Positions 61,625-64,000 of a stretch of 64,000 bases of DNA are shown piece by piece. Position 1 is the stretch's first letter, and each line of letters starts with the position of its first letter. The position numbers and the translations under genes are program-made. The stretch comes from Dicyema japonicum (lineage: Eukaryota; Animalia; Dicyemida), in the NCBI GenBank assembly GCA_011109175.1, contig RDEW01000031.1, forward strand, positions 157,313 to 221,312, in the 5' to 3' direction. Under the pieces are notes generated by a model. That model was not told where the DNA came from, did not search any database, and saw nothing but the letters and a program-made list of their open reading frames with translations.

Positions 61625-63154
61625 ACTACTTAAGTGATCCTAGCGTCCAATAATCTCCGAACTCTCCTCATCTCATTTTCAAGTGTTTCGACTGTTTAAC
61701 GGTAAAGTCTTAATGAATGCATGACAGAGGAACTCGATCGAGGTGTTCTTCATTAGAACCGATCGACGTTTCACTTTGTGAGAAATCACATTTCCCAGTG
61801 GATTTTCCGGTTCAGTGCTAAAACTCATGAAACCGCAGCAATGATTGCTCTCGGATTCCAAAGATAGATGAGTGGTGAAGGAGTGGTCGGTGCAAAAGAA
61901 GCAAAGTTCGTCGCAATTTTTATATAAATTCCAACAATAAAATTTTATTTATCGACTTGAATTCATGCAACCATTTAATAAGATTTAACATTTGTAGCGA
62001 ACAGACACAACTTATTTCCCTTACCAAGCAACTACTAAATAGTTTGGTTGGTAGTGCCTAACGAACGACCTCCATGCTACCGTCCCCAGATTTTTTTAAT
62101 CAGGCATGATTGAAAGTAATCTTGGACCAGAATCATTTCAGCGAAAGTAGAAGATAGTCCCTAATTACTAAAACATTTTTAACTTTCATAACTTGATTTC
62201 GAAAGGTTCCAGGTGATCTAGCCATGGATCACCTAAAAAATCTCGGTCCGAGTGGACTTTTGATTTAACCAATTTAATAGAACACTCAATTAATCACGAT
62301 CGTAACCATGCACTGGAAAAAATCAATGATCATTTCTATTTTGAAGCATACCGACGACCCTTCTGATCTTCTTATCGTCCTATTACCCCTTTGTCTGTTG
62401 TCTCGAAGATTGGAGAATGAGTTTTACTATTTTTAGTCAAAACGTACCTTTCATTTGCTGAATCCTAACATGTGTGTCTAGTTTTTCAGTCTAGTACAAC
62501 CCATATTTCAAAACTGACTCAATTTATTGCTGACGGATTTAATAATAATAACCTCCAAAATGAATAATTGTGGTACCTATGATATCAAAAAACCGATCAT
62601 CGAGAAACGTTCTGAGCAAGTAGATCCTTGCTAAAAATATCCCGTCCTGTTTGAAATTGTGGTTACTTACTTTCCTCTCTGGCCACCTTAGAGTCCTTTA
62701 TAATGTCAACCTAACTCTCCTTATTGATACCTGCCAAACGGCGTCCTCAAGGCTCAGTCTCAAGCCTTATTTGACCTCTACCTAGCAAGCATACCAACAA
62801 ACCAAGAACACACTTCTTATGCCGACGATGTTATAATTCTTCACGTCACTGTGATGTAACGCCGCTTCTGTGACCATGTCAGTTCAACTTGGAACCAACG
62901 CTGTTTCTAAACTACTTAAGGCCATGGCAAGTATGCCATTTGGCTAGAGAAAAAAGAGCTTGTCAATTATCTGCAGACAATTTATCAAAACAACGATGAA
63001 CTATGCTGTTCCTGTTTGAGATCCCTATTTACTTCAAAAAATACAAAAGACTTAAACTCCGCTCTAAGAATAATTACCGGCTGTTTATAAACTACACCAA
63101 ATGACCACCTACATAGATAACACTAGGCCATCTCACTCACTCGCTTTGATTTTG
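61625..63154 (+). mobile_element. Jockey/I-like LINE remnant
   Basis: Starts at TAAGTGATCC. Contains YRPITPLSVVSKI, a PQGS-like motif and SYADDVII. Confidence 0.7.
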
Positions 63155-63738
63155 TTCCACATCCGTGCCAATGTGGAGACCAGAACGACTGTTTTGGCCT
63201 ACAAACTTTCACCTGTAGGAATAGTGCAGCCAGATTTCCCTGACACATGGCCTTGAAAAAAGTCATTAGGCTAGCTTTGGACGCAGCCGGACATTCCTCC
63301 ATGCTCGAACCAGTCGGTTTTTACAGGCGTGACGGAAAACGACCAGATGGGATGACAACTTTCCCTATTAAAATCGGAAAACCTCTTTTCTGGACGTTAC
63401 CTACACCGACACATTTGCCTCTTGCAACCTACTCCAGAGTGCCTCTGTTCTACCACTGAGAAGACGAGAGGTTGAAACTGGCAAAGTACACGGTCCTACC
63501 AATGATTTTGTTCGTTCTACACGCAATTGAGACGACTGGTTCCCTTGCAACGCTGGAATTCTTAGTCGTCTAGGGAATCGGATTTCTACACGATCAGGAG
63601 AACCCCATGAGCGCTGCTGGTTATTTTGAACGAATCTCGCTCACCATCCTGAGAGGGAATAGCGACGCTGTCAAGGCGGCCGCTATATTAACCATTTCTC
63701 ACTTTTTTCCTTAATAAATTATTTGAATTTAAAAAAAA
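63155..63738 (+). mobile_element. CRE-like RLE 3' part ending in polyA
   Basis: ALDAAGHSSMLEPVGFYRRDGKRPDGMTTFP, AIETTG and RISLTILRGNS. A8 run at 63731-63738. Confidence 0.85.
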
Positions 63739-64000
63739 TTATCAAAACAACGATGAACCATGGTGTTCCTGTTTAGGGTCACGTGTTTATTAATGACAAA
63801 CCTCGAAATATACAAATGACTTGAAACTCCGCTCTAAGTATAATTACCTGCTGTTTAAAAACCACCTAAACTGAAAGCACTAGGCCATCCGACTCACTGG
63901 CTTTGGCTTTCTACAAACAAAAGGAGAATCATACCTACCCTCGTAACAAAATTTGCATTTTCGAACAATCCCAGAGAATGAACCCACTCAGTTGAGCTTT

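Overview
AT-rich, compact animal nuclear DNA read with the standard genetic code (TAA and TGA used as stops). The defining feature is ultra-short GT-AG introns, mostly 22-35 nt, which break every gene into pieces the ORF track misses. Spliced by hand, the window holds a PLC-beta-type phospholipase C, inositol monophosphatase, RPL12, ECT2, a tetraspanin, a reduced XMAP215/CKAP5, CCDC124, DDX24 and PICALM/AP180. It also holds 2-3 orphan genes and two tRNA-Ile genes. The gene set (ECT2, PLC-beta, tetraspanin) plus tiny introns suggests a reduced parasitic metazoan. A dicyemid-like animal is my best inference; a myxozoan is not excluded. Intergenic DNA is filled with decayed mobile elements: about 13 fragments of a CRE-like restriction-like-endonuclease (RLE) retroelement, R4/NeSL-like, RTE-like and jockey/I-like LINE remnants, a Buster-type hAT remnant and at least two tRNA-derived SINE families. 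The best leads are a two-TOG XMAP215, a PLC-beta lacking its C-terminal domain, an intronless tRNA-Ile(UAU) built on the IAU body, an 81-bp coding repeat in PICALM, a candidate ~170-bp target-site duplication, and a TAAGTGA/TAGT-CGT start motif shared by host genes and retroelement 5' ends. Repeat boundaries are approximate (+/-30 nt), and all homology calls are from motif recognition, not database searches.
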